Of a DNA stretch of 64,000 nucleotides, positions 1 through 11,276 are shown in pieces. The translations under genes and the position numbers were made by a program. Each line of letters starts with the position of its first letter. Positions within the stretch are counted from its first letter, which is position 1. The notes under the pieces were generated by a model that searched no databases, was not told the DNA's origin, and worked only from the letters and a program-made list of their open reading frames with translations. The DNA comes from Eledone cirrhosa (lineage: Eukaryota), in assembly GCA_964016885.1 (NCBI GenBank), contig OZ024740.1, positions 27,900,001-27,964,000 on the forward strand, written 5' to 3'.

Positions 1-122
1 AGTGGTCAAGAGAAAAGGGATTGGGAGAAATGTTCTGGTTCAGTGAATATGGCCAGCTCGCCGGGGTGTCAGAGTTCAGATTTTCTATTGAGACTGAAGA
101 TATGTATGTTTATTTGTGTGCT

Positions 123-159
<37 letters not shown>

Positions 160-540
160 ATTGGAAGATGATTCTATTAGTAGAGATGGGGGAGGGAGTT
201 GTGTGTGTGTGTATATGGGTGTTATGTGTGTGTGTGCGAGTATGTTAAGATGGAGAGAATATATATTTTGTGTATGTGTATATATATATGTGTGTAGGAA
301 AGTGGTTCTATTAGTAGAAATGGGGAGGGAGTTGTAGGTGTGGGGGTTGTTATGTGTGTGTACAACTCCCTCCCCATTTCTACTAATAGAACCACTTTCC
401 TACACACATATATATATATACACACACACAAAATATATATTCTCTCCATCTTAACATACTCGCACACACACACATAACACCCATATACACACACACACAA
501 CTCCCTCCCCCATCTCTACTAATAGAATCATCTTCCAATA

Positions 541-595
<55 letters not shown>

Positions 596-716
596 GCACA
601 CAAATAAACATACATATCTTCAGTCTCAATAGAAAATCTGAACTCTGACACCCCGGCGAGCTGGCCATATTCACTGAACCAGAACATTTCTCCCAATCCC
701 TTTTCTCTTGACCACT
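1..716. repeat. Long inverted repeat (arms 1-336 and 361-716, 24-nt spacer); left arm runs off the window edge
   Basis: 1-336 is the reverse complement of 361-716 (agtggtcaagagaaaaggg... / ...cccttttctcttgaccact). Arms differ mainly in (TG)n/(TA)n length. The ORF track shows mirror ORFs 21..248+ and 451..696-. Confidence 0.95.
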
Positions 717-1109
717 ATCTCTCCATTGTCATAACATTCACTATAAAGACTACAGAATAGTTTTCCAAATAAGGGCGCAAAAATGTAATGAAAACTTGTT
801 CACGTGACAGCCAAATTTCATTTATAACCAACCCCCAAAAAGCCTTCGTGAGCCTCCTTTTTTCAAGTAAAAAGAAATTCAAACACTCATATATGAAAAA
901 ACAACCTGTGACAACCCCCCCCCCCCCCTCTCTTATTTGAAGAACTATTGTAACGCGAACTGGCGCGAAATTTATTATAATTATTGACAATCCAATCAAA
1001 TTACTTCTCGAAAAACCTGGCATTTCGAGCCACTTTTTCCATATAAAACAAGTAACATTCAGAGACCAACCAGATGTGAGAAAAACCACAGATCCTCCAT
1101 CTCAACTCA

Positions 1110-1147
1110 CCTTTTGAAAAGCAGAAGAACTGCGAAACCGGTAAAGG
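1110..1147 (+). ncRNA. Decayed minimal type I hammerhead ribozyme motif (Penelope pLTR-like)
   Basis: CCTT-TTGAAAA-GCAG(aagaa)CTGC-GAAA-C(CG)G-TA-AAGG. Stems I and II and palindromic stem III (ACCGGT) are intact; CUGANGA has decayed to UUGAAAA. Confidence 0.55.
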
Positions 1148-1307
1148 AACCAAATAAATATATATATTTTTTTAAAAAATAAGACTTCAGTTGCATTTTC
1201 GATTTCATCTCTTTTTATTTATACTTTCACTCGTGTAGGACACCTCGGTTATTTTTCATTTTGTAAAAAAAACCTCACTTTCTAATATATATATATATAT
1301 ATATATT

Positions 1308-1385
1308 AGCTGGCATGCCGAACAACCTCCCCGTGGTGCCAGCTGGGTGGTCTAAGATTACTCCTAAACCAGCGAAAAGTTCGGC
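1308..1385 (+). ncRNA. HDV-like self-cleaving ribozyme at the 5' end of the RTE element
   Basis: P1 AGCTGGC/GCCAGCT; P2 GCCGAAC/GTTCGGC; P3 ACC/GGT with L3 TCCCCGT; GG after P1 for P1.1; P4 TGGT..ACCA; J4/2 GCGAAAA containing the catalytic C. Order matches the HDV nested double pseudoknot. Confidence 0.9.
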
Positions 1386-2288
1386 GGCAGTGCCTAAATA
1401 AGTGGTGGCTTTACGCCTGGCAAGCGTTCTTCCTATAAAAAGCCACAGATGTCCACAACAGCACTGTGACGTGGCGCGCATGAACCGCCACTAAATAGGG
1501 TTACTGCCCCCCCCCCCCCCCCCTTGGCTCACCCGAGGCATTGTATTCCAGAAGGGGCGGAAGAACCATTTGGTCAACCAACGGCTCGAATGGAACCTCG
1601 GGAGCATTGGGACCCCGGTTTGGTTAACGACCAAGCAACGGCGTATGAACTGGTCTACTGGTCATCGTCTCCCAATGGGTGCGACTCCCTGATCTCGCTC
1701 CGCTGCCTTGTGGACAGACTTTTTAGTCAAAGGCTCCGGGTGAGGTCCCCTAAGTAAACCCCTTACTTCAGCCTAGGCAACCGGGTAGTATCACGCCTTC
1801 TGCAGAGGGAAACTCCGACATCAAACCTAAGGTCCGAGGACCTCGCTATCACCGTCCCAGCTCGCTAGGCCATGGCAGATGAAACTCATGCTTAAAGGGT
1901 GGGGCCAGTTTGAGCGCACTGCACTTCACCTTAAAACTCCCCAGCGCAGGCCGAAGGACACGTCCACGTTCTATGACCAACCATTCCAAAAGTCCTGCAG
2001 TTATGGGAAAGGGGCGAAAGCGGCAGGTGGAAGATGTCACTGGAAGCCGTTGTCTCGATCCTACATGTAGGCGCCTCAGGACTTTGGTCGCCTGGTTGTC
2101 AACCCGGAGGCGACGACACAACTCGGCAGCATCCTGAGCGACCAGGCAGCCCTATCTAGGGTGATCACTGCCTGCTCCACATGGAGAGGGGCGGTAGAAA
2201 AGGTTCGCCTAAACAAAGCTCGTCTCCTCTATACCCAGTTGGCTAGCCGCGGTTATCGGGCATCTTCAGAGCAATCAAACGAACAAAC

Positions 2289-5041
2289 ATGGAAACAAAA
2301 CTAAAGAAAGGTAAGCAGAACTTGAAAGTTGCCTGCTGGAATGTCAGGACTATGCTTGACAAGGCTGACAGCAGCCGCCCGGAACGTCGTTCGACTCTCA
2401 TAGCCCATGAACTCTCCCGCCTCAACATCGACATAGCAGCTCTCAGCGAGGTCCGCTTCGATGACGAGGGCAGCCTCAAAGAACGCGGCGCTGGCTACAC
2501 CCTTTTCTGGTCCGGGAAACCATCATCTGGAAGACGCCTGTCGGGTGTAGGACTCATGGTGAGGAATTCCATCGCCTCCAATCTGGAAACGTTACCCATG
2601 GGACACTCGGACCGCATTATATCCATGCGCCTACCACTGGAGAGCAAACAACATCTCACGCTCTTCAGTGTATATGCTCCAACGCTACTGGCAGATCCTG
2701 CGGACAAAGACAGTTTCTATTCTGATCTACGCAGACGCTTGAACAACAACCCTGCAGACGACAAGGTCATGATCCTTGGCGACTTCAACGCAAGAGTTGG
2801 TAGGGACTCTGAGGCCTGGAAAGGAGTCCTTGGAAGACACGTCGTTGGTGGCTGTAACGACAACGGGCGCCTCCTGCTCGAGTTCTGCACAGAGCACCAA
2901 CTTGCCATTACCAACACAATCTTCCAACAGGAAGACCGCCTGAAAACAACTTGGATGCATCCCCGGTCCAAACATTGGCATCTACTTGACTATGTGCTTG
3001 TGCGCCAACGGGACCTGAAAGATGTTCTACACACGAGAGTGATGCCACACTGACCATCGCCTCGTCTGCTGCAATCTCAAACTGCAGTTCAAACCCAAAC
3101 CCAAGAAGAAAGGTAACCCCGTAAAGAAACTCAACGTCGGCAGCCTGTTCCAAGTAGACCTGCAGCAAAAACTAGACGAATCCCCTTGCACTGATGACCC
3201 CACCCCAGACACCTTGTGGTAGAGAACCTGAAATCAGCTATCCTTAAGACGTCTGAGGATCTTCTTGGTCACACAGAACCACCTACCCTCGAAGAGACGA
3301 CTGAAGCCATAGAACAACTCAAGAGTCGGAAAGCAGCAGGAGTTGACAGCATTGCACCAGAAATCTGGAAGAATGGAGGTCTGACGCTCCACGACAAGCT
3401 ACACGATTTTCTTGTCTGCTGTTGGGAGCAGGGTAAGCTTCCACAGGATCTTCACGACGCCGTCATCATAACCCTGTACAAGAACAAGGGTGAAATGTCT
3501 GACTGCTCCAACTACCGGGGAATCACCCTACTCTCCATCGCTGGCAAAGTACTTGCCGAGATCCTGCTCAACAGGCTCGTACCAACCATCTCTGAAGAAA
3601 ACCTCCCCGAGAGCCAGTGTGGCTTCAGAGCCAACAGAGGCACGACGGACATGGTGTTCGTCCTCCGCCAACTCCAGGAGAAGTGCCGAGAACAAAACAA
3701 GGGACACTATGCTGCTTTTGTCGACCTCACAAAAGCATTTGACACAGTGAGCAGGACAGGACTATGGCTCATCCTGGAACGACTTGGCTGTCCCACAAAG
3801 TTTCTACAGATGGTGATCCAGCTGCACGAGAACCAGCGCGGCCAGATCAGACTCAACGGTGACCTGTCTGAGCCCTTCCCCATCTCCAACGGCGTGAAGC
3901 AGTTTTGTGTCCGGGCACAGACTCTCTTCAGCATCTTCTTCAGAATGATGCTCAAGCATGCAACTGAGGATCTAGATGATGGAGATGGGGTGTATGTCAG
4001 GTACCGTATGGATGGCAGCCTCTTCAATCTACGGCGCCTCCAAGCCCATACCAAGACCGGCAGATCCGAGACCTTCTCTTCGCGGAGGACGCTGCCCTCG
4101 TCGCCCACACAGAGCGAGCTCTGCAGCGCATCACGTCCTGCTTTGCGGACGCCTCACGGCTTTTTGGCCTGGAGGTTAGCCTCAAGAAGACGGAGGTTCT
4201 TCACCAGCCTACCCCCCAAGAAGAATACCGCCTACCCTACATCACTATCTGCGATACTGAACTTAAATCAACGCAGCAGTTCACATACCTGGGCTGCATC
4301 ATCTTATCCGATGCAAGAATTGACAAAGAAATTGACAACAGACTCTCTAAAGCAAATAGCTCCTTTGGCAGATTGTACAAACGTGTTTGGCACAACAAAA
4401 ACCTGAAGAACAAGACAAGGATCAGCGTGTACAAGGCCGTGGTTCTCACCACTCTCCTCTACGGCTCGGAGACCTGGGTCACCATCTGCCGTCACATCCG
4501 TCTCCTCGAGCGCTTCCACCAACGATGTCTCCGCACCATCCTCAACATTCGCTGGAGTGACTTCGTCACAAACGTTGAAGTTCTGGAGCAGGCCGAGATC
4601 CCCAGCATTGAAGCCATGCTACTGAAGTACCACCTCCGATGGGCAGGACATGTCCCCAGAATGGAGAATCATCGCCTTCCTAAGATTGCCCTGTTTGGCT
4701 AACTCTCCACCGGCCACCGAGAGAGAGGAGCCCCGAAGAAACGCTACAAAGACTGTCTCAAAAAGTCTCTCACCGCATGTCATGTTGACCACCAATGCTG
4801 GTCAGACCTGGCTGCGAACCGTGATGCCTGGCGCCACATGATCTTCACCGCGGTCAGCGAGTTTGAGGAAGACAGAAGAGACGCGGAAAAAGACAAGAGA
4901 CGCAGAAGGAAGGCCCGAGCCGCCTCTGACACCACACCGGACGTTACCTTCATCTGTGGACACTGCTCACGGACCTGCCTTTCCCGCATCGGACTTGTCA
5001 GTCATGAGCGTGCCTGCAGACGACGTGGACAACCTTCCTAA
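2289..5041 (+). pseudogene. Disrupted RTE APE-RT polyprotein ORF
   Basis: Split over ORFs 2289-3053, 3216-4406, 4373-4702, 4838-5041. Frameshifts near 3045 and 4058, stop at 4700-4702, catalytic motif reads LLFAED, linker apparently deleted near 3272. Confidence 0.9.
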
Positions 5042-5309
5042 TCTTCGTTCGCGAAGGCAAGCCATGATGATGATGATATATATATATATAAATATATATT
5101 TCGTTTCTGAATTTGTTTAGCAAGATTCTTTATCTGAAAACGTGTGTTGAAACCGATATTGTTATACTTTGTGAGGGTCATGTTGCCAATAAGAAACACA
5201 CGCACCAGTTGCTTTCACTTCAATTTATTATAATAAATTTATAAATTTAGGAATTTATAAATTTCCGGTTGGTTGGTTGATTCCACAACCAGATGAGTGT
5301 TTATATATT

Positions 5310-5352
5310 GTCAAAGTTCTTTCGTCACACATTCTGTGACCTCTTCAGTGAC
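5310..5352 (-). ncRNA. Minimal type I hammerhead ribozyme in the PLE 3' region
   Basis: Minus strand: GTCA-CTGAAGA-G-GTCACA(gaatg)TGTGAC-GAAA-G(AA)C-TT-TGAC. Confidence 0.78.
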
Positions 5353-5551
5353 TGAGGATTCTTTTCTTTGTTTCTGTGCCTCTCCTTTCTTCTGTCCTAC
5401 GCCATCTTGTTTTTGTGTGTGTTGTGTGCTTAGTTTGCTCATGTGTTACATCCGGGTGTCTTTGTGTGTTTATATTGGTTTATTTATTTGTTTATTTACA
5501 TGTTACTGGTTGGTTGTTTGTTCTATGTGCGTGTGTGTATTCATGTTGTCC

Positions 5552-6087
5552 TTAATTGTAAGTTGTGATGTTGCTGTTCCATTCATGTTTTCTATTTAAT
5601 TTTGGTTGGAGTTCATTTATGTTTATTGCCTCTGTGATTTGTCTAAACATTGCGTCTTTTCTGTGTGTAGATTCTATTTTTATTTCTATGTTCTCTAATT
5701 TACTCTTATGTTCTATTTTAGCATGTTGGTAGAGTACAGATGATTCTTTACTATCTTGAAGGTCTCGCCAGTGTTCATTTATCCGTTCCCCTATACTACG
5801 AGCTGTCTCACCTATGTACACTATATTATTATCTCTACATTGTCCTTCAGTACATCTTATGCTATATACTACATTTTTCTAGTTTTACAGTTAATATGGG
5901 GGCTTAATTTACAGATTATACATTTCTTATCTATACAGGGAGGTCTTTGAAAAGGGTATGTATTGCTAATAAGTGTTTTTATGGAGGTACCTGGTCTTAC
6001 TACTATCTTAATATTGAGTTTATTTTTATCTAGGGCCCTTCTAAATGTGTAAGATAATTCACCTCTAGGGGTTGTATCGATGAACAT
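5552..6087 (-). pseudogene. PLE Cys-rich linker plus GIY-YIG endonuclease, frameshifted
   Basis: FIDTTPRGEL..KIVVRPGTSIK..PF..CIDKKCIIC..NCKTR, frameshift in the A-run near 5875, then NVVYSIRC..C..VYIGETARSIGERINEH..H..EAININELQPKLN. Confidence 0.88.
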
Positions 6088-6318
6088 TACACTCTGGTAT
6101 TTATTGCTATCATACCATGAGTTTATTCTATTAACCTTATTCCTAGTTCTTTCTATTCTATTCTAAAATGTGCTCCTATACAAGGGACAGGTCCCATTTG
6201 TGTCATTATTTACCATTTTTTTCCCATTTGGTTTTGGCGCCTCTATATACTCTGAGTATATAGATGCAACTGGTGCGTGTGTTTCTTATTGGCAACATGA
6301 CCCTCCCAAAGTATAACA

Positions 6319-6800
<482 letters not shown>

Positions 6801-6825
6801 GTATGTATGTATATAAAAAAAAACG

Positions 6826-7185
6826 ATGGCGCGGTTAAACCACTGGGAGTGAAGGTCCCCTCCCCTTTGTCAGGGCATTCTTCTAGGAGAAGGCAATTCA
6901 GGAAACTGGGATAACTCCGATATAAAACCTGCGACTCAGTAGTTACAGATAATTGTTTCTACTTTAGGCACAACGCCAGCAATTATCCATACATTATTGG
7001 TACTTTATTTTATCGACCCCGTAAGGATGAAAGGCAAAGTTAACCTCGACGGGATTTGAACTCAGACCGTAAAGGGACGTAACTATGCTGGAAAACATGG
7101 CGTCCGACCCTCTACCGATACTGCCAATCCACCGTCAGTAGTTACCGATAATGTTGATCTTTTCTTCTTTTCGGGTTATAGCTAC
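6826..7185 (+). mobile_element. RTE-5'UTR-like short element interrupted by a SINE
   Basis: cgcggttaaaccactgggagtgaag..ttctaggagaaggcaa..; an uninterrupted paralogue lies at ~54917-55160. Confidence 0.65.
6954..7134 (-). mobile_element. tRNA-derived SINE with 18-bp TSD
   Basis: A box TGGCAGTATCGG, B box GAGTTCAAATCC, central CATCCTTACGGGGTCGATAAAATAAAGTACC. TSD tcagtagttac(a/c)gataat at 6936-6953 and 7135-7152. Confidence 0.9.
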
Positions 7186-7221
7186 TTTATTTTAAAGTCC
7201 ACCAACTTCATAGATAAGACA

Positions 7222-7395
7222 AAGTTGATTAAATCACCCCCCTATGTTTTACTGGTCATTTATTTTATCGACCCCGGAATTATAAAAAAGCAAAGCTGAC
7301 CTTCTCGGTATTTAAACTCACCATTTCAAGGGCCAGAAAAATACGGCAATGGTATTTCATCCGACGCTCTACCGATTCTGCCAATCCACCTCCCT
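7222..7395 (-). mobile_element. Older copy of the tRNA-derived SINE
   Basis: ggtggattggcagaatcggtagagcgtcgg head and ggggtcgataaaataaa core on the minus strand. Confidence 0.75.
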
Positions 7396-7469
7396 TGCTT
7401 AATATTGAAATTATAATCAGGTTTTCAACGTTGTTGTTGGTGTTAACATTGCTGTTGTTGTTGTTGTTG

Positions 7470-8427
7470 ACGATGATGATCACGATGGTTAATATGGTGA
7501 TGATGGTGATGATGGTGATGATGGTGATGATGATGGTGATGATGGTGATGATGGTGATGATGGTGATGATAGTGGTGATGATGGTGATGATGGTGATGAT
7601 GGTGATGATGGTGGTGATGATGGTGATGATGGTGGTGATGGTGATGATAGTGATGATGGTGATGATGGTGATAGTGATGATGATGGTGGTGATGGTGATG
7701 ATAGTGATGATGGTGATGATGGTGATGATGGTGATGATGGTGATGATAGTGATGATGGTGATGATGGTGGTGATGATGGTGGTGATGGTGGTGATGATGG
7801 TGATGATGGTGGTGATGATAGTGATGATGGTGATGATGGTGATGATGGTGATGATGGTGATGATGGTGGTGATGATGGTGATGATGCTGATGATGGTGAT
7901 GATGGTGATGATAGTGATGATGGTGATGATGGTGATGGTGATGGTGATTGTGATGATGGTGATGATGGTGATGATAGTAATGATGGTGATGATGGTGATG
8001 GTGATGGTGATTGTGATGATAGTGATGATGGTGATGATGGTGGTGATGATAGTGATGATGGTGATGATGGTGGTGATGATGGTGGTGATGATGATGATGG
8101 TGATGGTGATGATGGTGGTGATGATGATGATGGTGATGGTGGTGATGATGGTGATAATGGTGGTGATGGTGATGATGGTGATGGTGGTGATGATGGTGAT
8201 GATGATGGTGATGATGGTGATGGTAATGGTGGTGATGATGATCATGATGGTGGTGATGGTGATGATGGTGATGATGGTGATGATGGTGATGATGATGGTG
8301 GTGATGGTTAGTATGGTGATGATGATGATGATCATGATCATGATGGTGATGATGGTTATTATGGTGATGGTGGTGATGATGGTGATGGTGATGATAGTGG
8401 TGATGGTGATGATGGTGGTGATGGTGA
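7470..8427. repeat. (GAT/GGT)n compound trinucleotide array
   Basis: Mostly GATGATGGT units. Confidence 0.95.
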
Positions 8428-8443
8428 TCTTATTTTAACGATA

Positions 8444-9420
8444 CTGTTGTTGTTGTTAATGTTACAACTTCCATTGGCTTCTCCAATATTGAAACCATAA
8501 TCTTTCTGTTTTATTAATGTTGTTGTTTTTGTTGTTGTGGTTGTTGTTGTTGTTGGTATTGTTGTTGTTGTGGTTGTTGTTGTTGTGGTTGTTGTTGTTG
8601 TGGTTGGTATTGTTGATAATGGTGTTGTTATTGTTGCTGTTGTTGCTGTTGTTGTTGTTGTGGTTGTTATTGTTGTTGTTGTTGTTGGTATTGTTGTTGT
8701 TGGTATTGTTGACAATGGTGTTGATGTTGATGTTGTTATTGCTGTTGTTGTTGTTGTAAATATTTTCCCAGCTTCAGTATCTATCTCGGATTTCAATATT
8801 ATTGTTGCTGTTGTTGCAGTCGATTGTGATGGTCTGTCGTTGTTATTGTTGTTGCTGTTGTTGATACTGTTGTTCTTGTTGTTGCTGTGGTTATTGTTGA
8901 TTGTGATGGTTCTCGTCGTCGTTGTTGTTATTGTTGTTATTGTTGTTGTTCATCTTGCTGTTGTTGTTGATTGTGATGGTTCTGGTCGTTGCATTTGTTG
9001 CTGTTATTATTGTTATTGCTGTTGTTATTGTTATTGTTGTTGCTGTTGTTATTGTTGTAGTTGTTGCTGTTGTTATTGTTGTTGTTGTATCATTATTGTT
9101 GCTGATTGCATTGTTACTGTTATGGCTACAGTTTTTTGATAAATGTTATTGTAGTTATTATATTTATTGTTGAAGATGTCTGTTGTTATTGTTGTTGTTG
9201 TTGTTATTGTTGTCTTATCACTATTGCTCTTTTTCTAGTTATTCCTGTTGTTGTCATTAATATTATTGTTGTTCTTACTGTTGTTACTATTATTATAGAA
9301 GTTGTAGATATTATTTTCTGTTTTAGCAAAGAAACTGTCATGGTGGATTTAATGTTGTTGTTGTTGCTGTTTTTATTGTTATTTTTATCGCTTTTATTGA
9401 TGTCCTCGTTGTTGTTGTTG
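8444..9420. repeat. Degenerate (GTT)n low-complexity tract
   Basis: GTT/ATT/GCT triplets. Confidence 0.9.
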
Positions 9421-9741
9421 CCTTTTTTCTTCTTTTTTTTCTCCTGCTTTTAGTTTTTTTTGTTTTTTTTTCTTCTTCTACATCTTTTTCATCAACTTAT
9501 ATTTCCTTTTACCTCATCACATCTTTCTCTCCTACTCCTCCTCCTCATCATCATCATCATCATCCTCATCCTCCGCCTCCCCCTTCTCCTCTCCTCATCC
9601 TCCCCCTCCAACTCCTCCAACTCCTCCTCCTCCTCCTCCAACTCCTCTTCCTCCTCCAACTCCTCTTCCTACTCCAACTCCTCTTCCTCCTCCAACTCCT
9701 ACTTCGCTTATTTCTGATTCTCTACTCTTTATAACTTTGTA

Positions 9742-9743
9742 TT

Positions 9744-9775
<32 letters not shown>

Positions 9776-10031
9776 TTCTTCTTCTTCTTCTTCTTCTTCT
9801 TCTTCTTCTTCTTCTTCTTCTTCTTCCTTTTCTTCTTCTTCTTCTTCTACTTCATCTTCTTCTTTTTCTTCTTCTATTTCGTCTTCTTCTTCTTCTTCTT
9901 CTTCTTCTTCTTCTTCTTCTTCTTCTTCTTCTTCTTCTTCTTCCTTTTCTTCTTCTTCTTCTTCTTCTTCTTCTTCTACTTCATCTTCTTCTTTTTCTTC
10001 TTCTATTTCGTCTTCTTCTTCTTCTTCTTCT

Positions 10032-10066
<35 letters not shown>

Positions 10067-10289
10067 TTTTTCTTCCTTTTCTTCTTCTTCTTCCTCTTCT
10101 TCTTCTTCTTCCTTTTCTTCTTCTTCTTCTTCTTCTTCTTCTTCTTCTTCTTCTTCTTCTTCTTCCTTTTCTTCTTCTTCTTCTTCTTCTTCTTCTTCTT
10201 CTTCTTCTTCTTCTTCTTCTTCTTCCTTTTCTTCTTCTTCTTCTTCTTCTTCTTCTTCTTCTTCTTCTTCTTCTTCTTCTTCTTCTTCT

Positions 10290-10324
<35 letters not shown>

Positions 10325-10352
10325 TTTTTCTTCTTCTTCTTCTTCCTTTTCT
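9742..10352. repeat. (TTC)n microsatellite, preceded by a (CTC)n tract at ~9530-9700
   Basis: ~600 bp of TTC with sparse interruptions. Confidence 0.97.
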
Positions 10353-10556
10353 TCCCCATCAATCTCCATCATCTCATCATATCCCCCTCCACTCCTCTCT
10401 CCCTCTCCCTCCTCCTCTCTCTCTCTTCCTTCACTAAAAGATAAGAAGTGCTGAAGTTGAAGATCTCTGATTAAATAGCCCGTGTAGAGATAATCCCACC
10501 TCACAATCTCTTCTACTTCCCTTCATTACTGCCACCTACCGGCCACTCTTCCTCTC

Positions 10557-10607
<51 letters not shown>

Positions 10608-10619
10608 TATATATATATG

Positions 10620-10658
<39 letters not shown>

Positions 10659-10659
10659 G

Positions 10660-10715
<56 letters not shown>

Positions 10716-10839
10716 ATATATCTTTGTATATATATATATATATTGTATATATCTTTGTATATATATATATATATTGTATATATCTTTGTATATATATATA
10801 TATATTGTATATATCTTTGAATATATATATATATATCGT

Positions 10840-10893
<54 letters not shown>

Positions 10894-10988
10894 TACAAAG
10901 AGAGATAGAGAGAGGGGAGAGAGACGTTAAATATATATCTCTCGTTTTTACCACCACTCTCAGACTATCATCTTTTCTCTCTCGGCCA

Positions 10989-11031
<43 letters not shown>

Positions 11032-11276
11032 CCTATATACTCTCTCTCTCTCTGTCTCTCTCACAGTCTCACTCTCCCACTCTCTCTCCCTCTGATACAA
11101 TCATTACACAACAGGGGATTATTTAAAAGGATTAATGTCTAATTTTATCCGACTCTCTCGCCACATTTTATATTAATCCATCACACTTGTATGGCGTCAT
11201 CATACACTGCTTCGTCCTCCCCCTTCCTTCCTTTCTTCCTTCTTCTTCTGCTTCTACGAATAATAATAATACTGTT

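Larger units (their letters stand above)
1308..5077 (+). mobile_element. RTE-clade non-LTR retrotransposon, both ends present, internally deleted and frameshifted
   Basis: ~1 kb 5' UTR, APE endonuclease (ACWNVRT, LSEVR, SVYAPT, LGDFNARVG, LDYV), RT (NYRGITLLS, QCGFR, FVDLTKAFD), C-terminal CGHC..SHERAC, then ATCTTCGTTCGCGAAGGCAAGCC(ATG)n tail. Flanked by (TA)n on both sides. Confidence 0.95.
5098..6322 (-). mobile_element. Penelope-like element, 5'-truncated, with an inverted copy of its terminal sequence
   Basis: GIY-YIG remnant followed by an HHR-bearing 3' region. ~5156-5212 is repeated inverted at ~6266-6322 (1 mismatch). Sits in (TA)n. Confidence 0.85.

Noticed and set aside
5552-6087. 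Selenocysteine (UGA) recoding as reported for some Naiad PLEs
   Set aside because: Cys positions use normal Cys codons; the ORF break is a simple frameshift.
7280-10504. Poly-E/K/F, Met-Val and Ile-Thr ORFs
   Set aside because: Stop-free frames of (GAT/GGT)n, (GTT)n and (TTC)n microsatellites.
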